DNA from: a virus | Lineage: Duplodnaviria; Caudoviricetes | Strand: one strand, 5' to 3' | IMG/VR virus record: IMGVR_UViG_3300032283_000312 | Coordinates: 1 to 34,294 of that record | DNA length: 34,294 bases | In this document: positions 33,520-34,294 of the stretch, piece by piece | Layout: the number at the start of each line of letters is the position of its first letter | Numbering within the stretch: position 1 is the first letter of the stretch | Notes under the pieces: model-generated | What the model was told of the DNA's origin: nothing | Databases searched by the model: none | What the model saw: the letters and a program-made list of their open reading frames with translations, nothing else | Position numbers and translations under genes: made by a program

Positions 33520-34044
33520 CTATAGACTAACGATGTCAACTGGTCCCATGCATGACGGGTTAAATTTAATTGCTGCATTTACTGCTTGCAGAACTCTATT
33601 TCTTGCATTTTTTTGCTTGTCTGTTGCATATAAAACCCCATAAGCATACTCTGCTCCAGACCCCATAGCAAGGTATGGAAGTGTGTACTTAGATAAAGAC
33701 ATATCGGCAGAACTATGTTCATAGATGTTGCCACGAATTGCAATAATTAAACCAAGGTCTCCATCTTTAGATGTGTCAACCCAGAACTCATTGTAGAATT
33801 CACGAAGTTCTTTAATAAATTTTGTTTGCATGTGCTTGTCAGTATCTTTTAGTATTGGGGCAGATGGCTTAAAGTTGTAACGGATTCTTTCTCCGTCCAT
33901 GGATCCTGCATATCCAATAAGATATGGACCTATCTTCCAAACCTTTGGAGCATCTAATGATAGGATAGTTCCATCATCTGAGGCACCTCGATCACCTGCC
34001 ATATAAATCTTGTCTTCATGTTTTACAACGGCAATACAGGTCAC
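33520..34044 (-). CDS. HslV/proteasome-beta-like Ntn hydrolase
   Basis: N-terminal (M)TCIA, MAGD, K, IGYAGS, AMGSG..YA.G; GTG start. Confidence 0.8.
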   Translation of the reverse strand: MTCIAVVKHEDKIYMAGDRGASDDGTILSLDAPKVWKIGPYLIGYAGSMDGERIRYNFKPSAPILKDTDKHMQTKFIKELREFYNEFWVDTSKDGDLGLIIAIRGNIYEHSSADMSLSKYTLPYLAMGSGAEYAYGVLYATDKQKNARNRVLQAVNAAIKFNPSCMGPVDIVSL

Positions 34045-34123
34045 AGGTAAAGGCCCTTTCCAGAGAGGTTATATTACAAGTATATCACTTCTAGAAAGGG
34101 CTGTCAAACAAGGTCAATAATGA

Positions 34124-34294
34124 CTAATTAGCCTTTTTATCTACCGTTTTAAAGGCATCATTTATCTCTGTTAATGATAGCCTTCCATCGTCCAAAAAAG
34201 CCCTTGCCAGTCTTTCAATAACTGTTGCTACTCCTAAGAGTCCTGCAAGCATAACTGCCTGAACTGTATCAATTCCTACTACGGCTCCTGCTCC
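34124..34294 (-). CDS. 3' part of a membrane (holin-like) protein, 5'-partial
   Basis: GAGAVVGIDTVQAVMLAGLLGVATVIERLARAFLDDGRLSLTEINDAF...*. Confidence 0.6.
   Translation of the reverse strand, partial: GAGAVVGIDTVQAVMLAGLLGVATVIERLARAFLDDGRLSLTEINDAFKTVDKKAN

Noticed and set aside
1-34294. Prophage att sites, integrase, IS elements, introns/inteins, reverse transcriptase or DGR
   Set aside because: No recombinase, transposase, RT or splicing motifs seen; the shared 3' ends of the two sulfotransferase-like genes fit ordinary paralogy, not adenine-specific TR/VR variation.

Overview
Fragment of a large, low-GC dsDNA tailed-phage genome. The host is probably an actinobacterium (WhiB gene, pervasive leaderless genes); a freshwater low-GC lineage is my inference only. 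No integrase, capsid or polymerase genes are in the window. Bases 1-6.4 kb are a + strand array of small early-type hypothetical genes, DUF932 and tRNA-Asp, driven by sigma70-like promoters that share a TGTCAGTG box. Bases 6.4-7.7 kb are a repeat-rich control/origin-like region with TTACGA-N13-TCCCC sites, perfect DnaA boxes, micro-ORFs and an atypical tRNA-Arg. Bases 8-17.3 kb (mostly +) and 17.3-34.3 kb (mostly -) carry auxiliary genes: six 2OG-Fe(II) oxygenase domains (one fused to a luciferase-like monooxygenase), two sulfotransferase-like paralogs, an APS kinase-nucleotidyltransferase fusion, two DUF2061 proteins, a carbamoyltransferase, a methyltransferase, an SGNH-like protein, a HAD phosphatase, a TipAS-like protein, HNH, Hsp20, WhiB, a thermonuclease, a CHAP endolysin, an S8 protease, an HslV-like protease and four more tRNAs. 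The most striking unexplained signals are non-coding: a four-copy covarying H-type pseudoknot at 3' ends of genes, twice joined to a tRNA by an identical GCTT linker; two structured ncRNA candidates; and a ROSE-like thermometer before hsp20. All calls were made by eye; no searches or folding programs were run.
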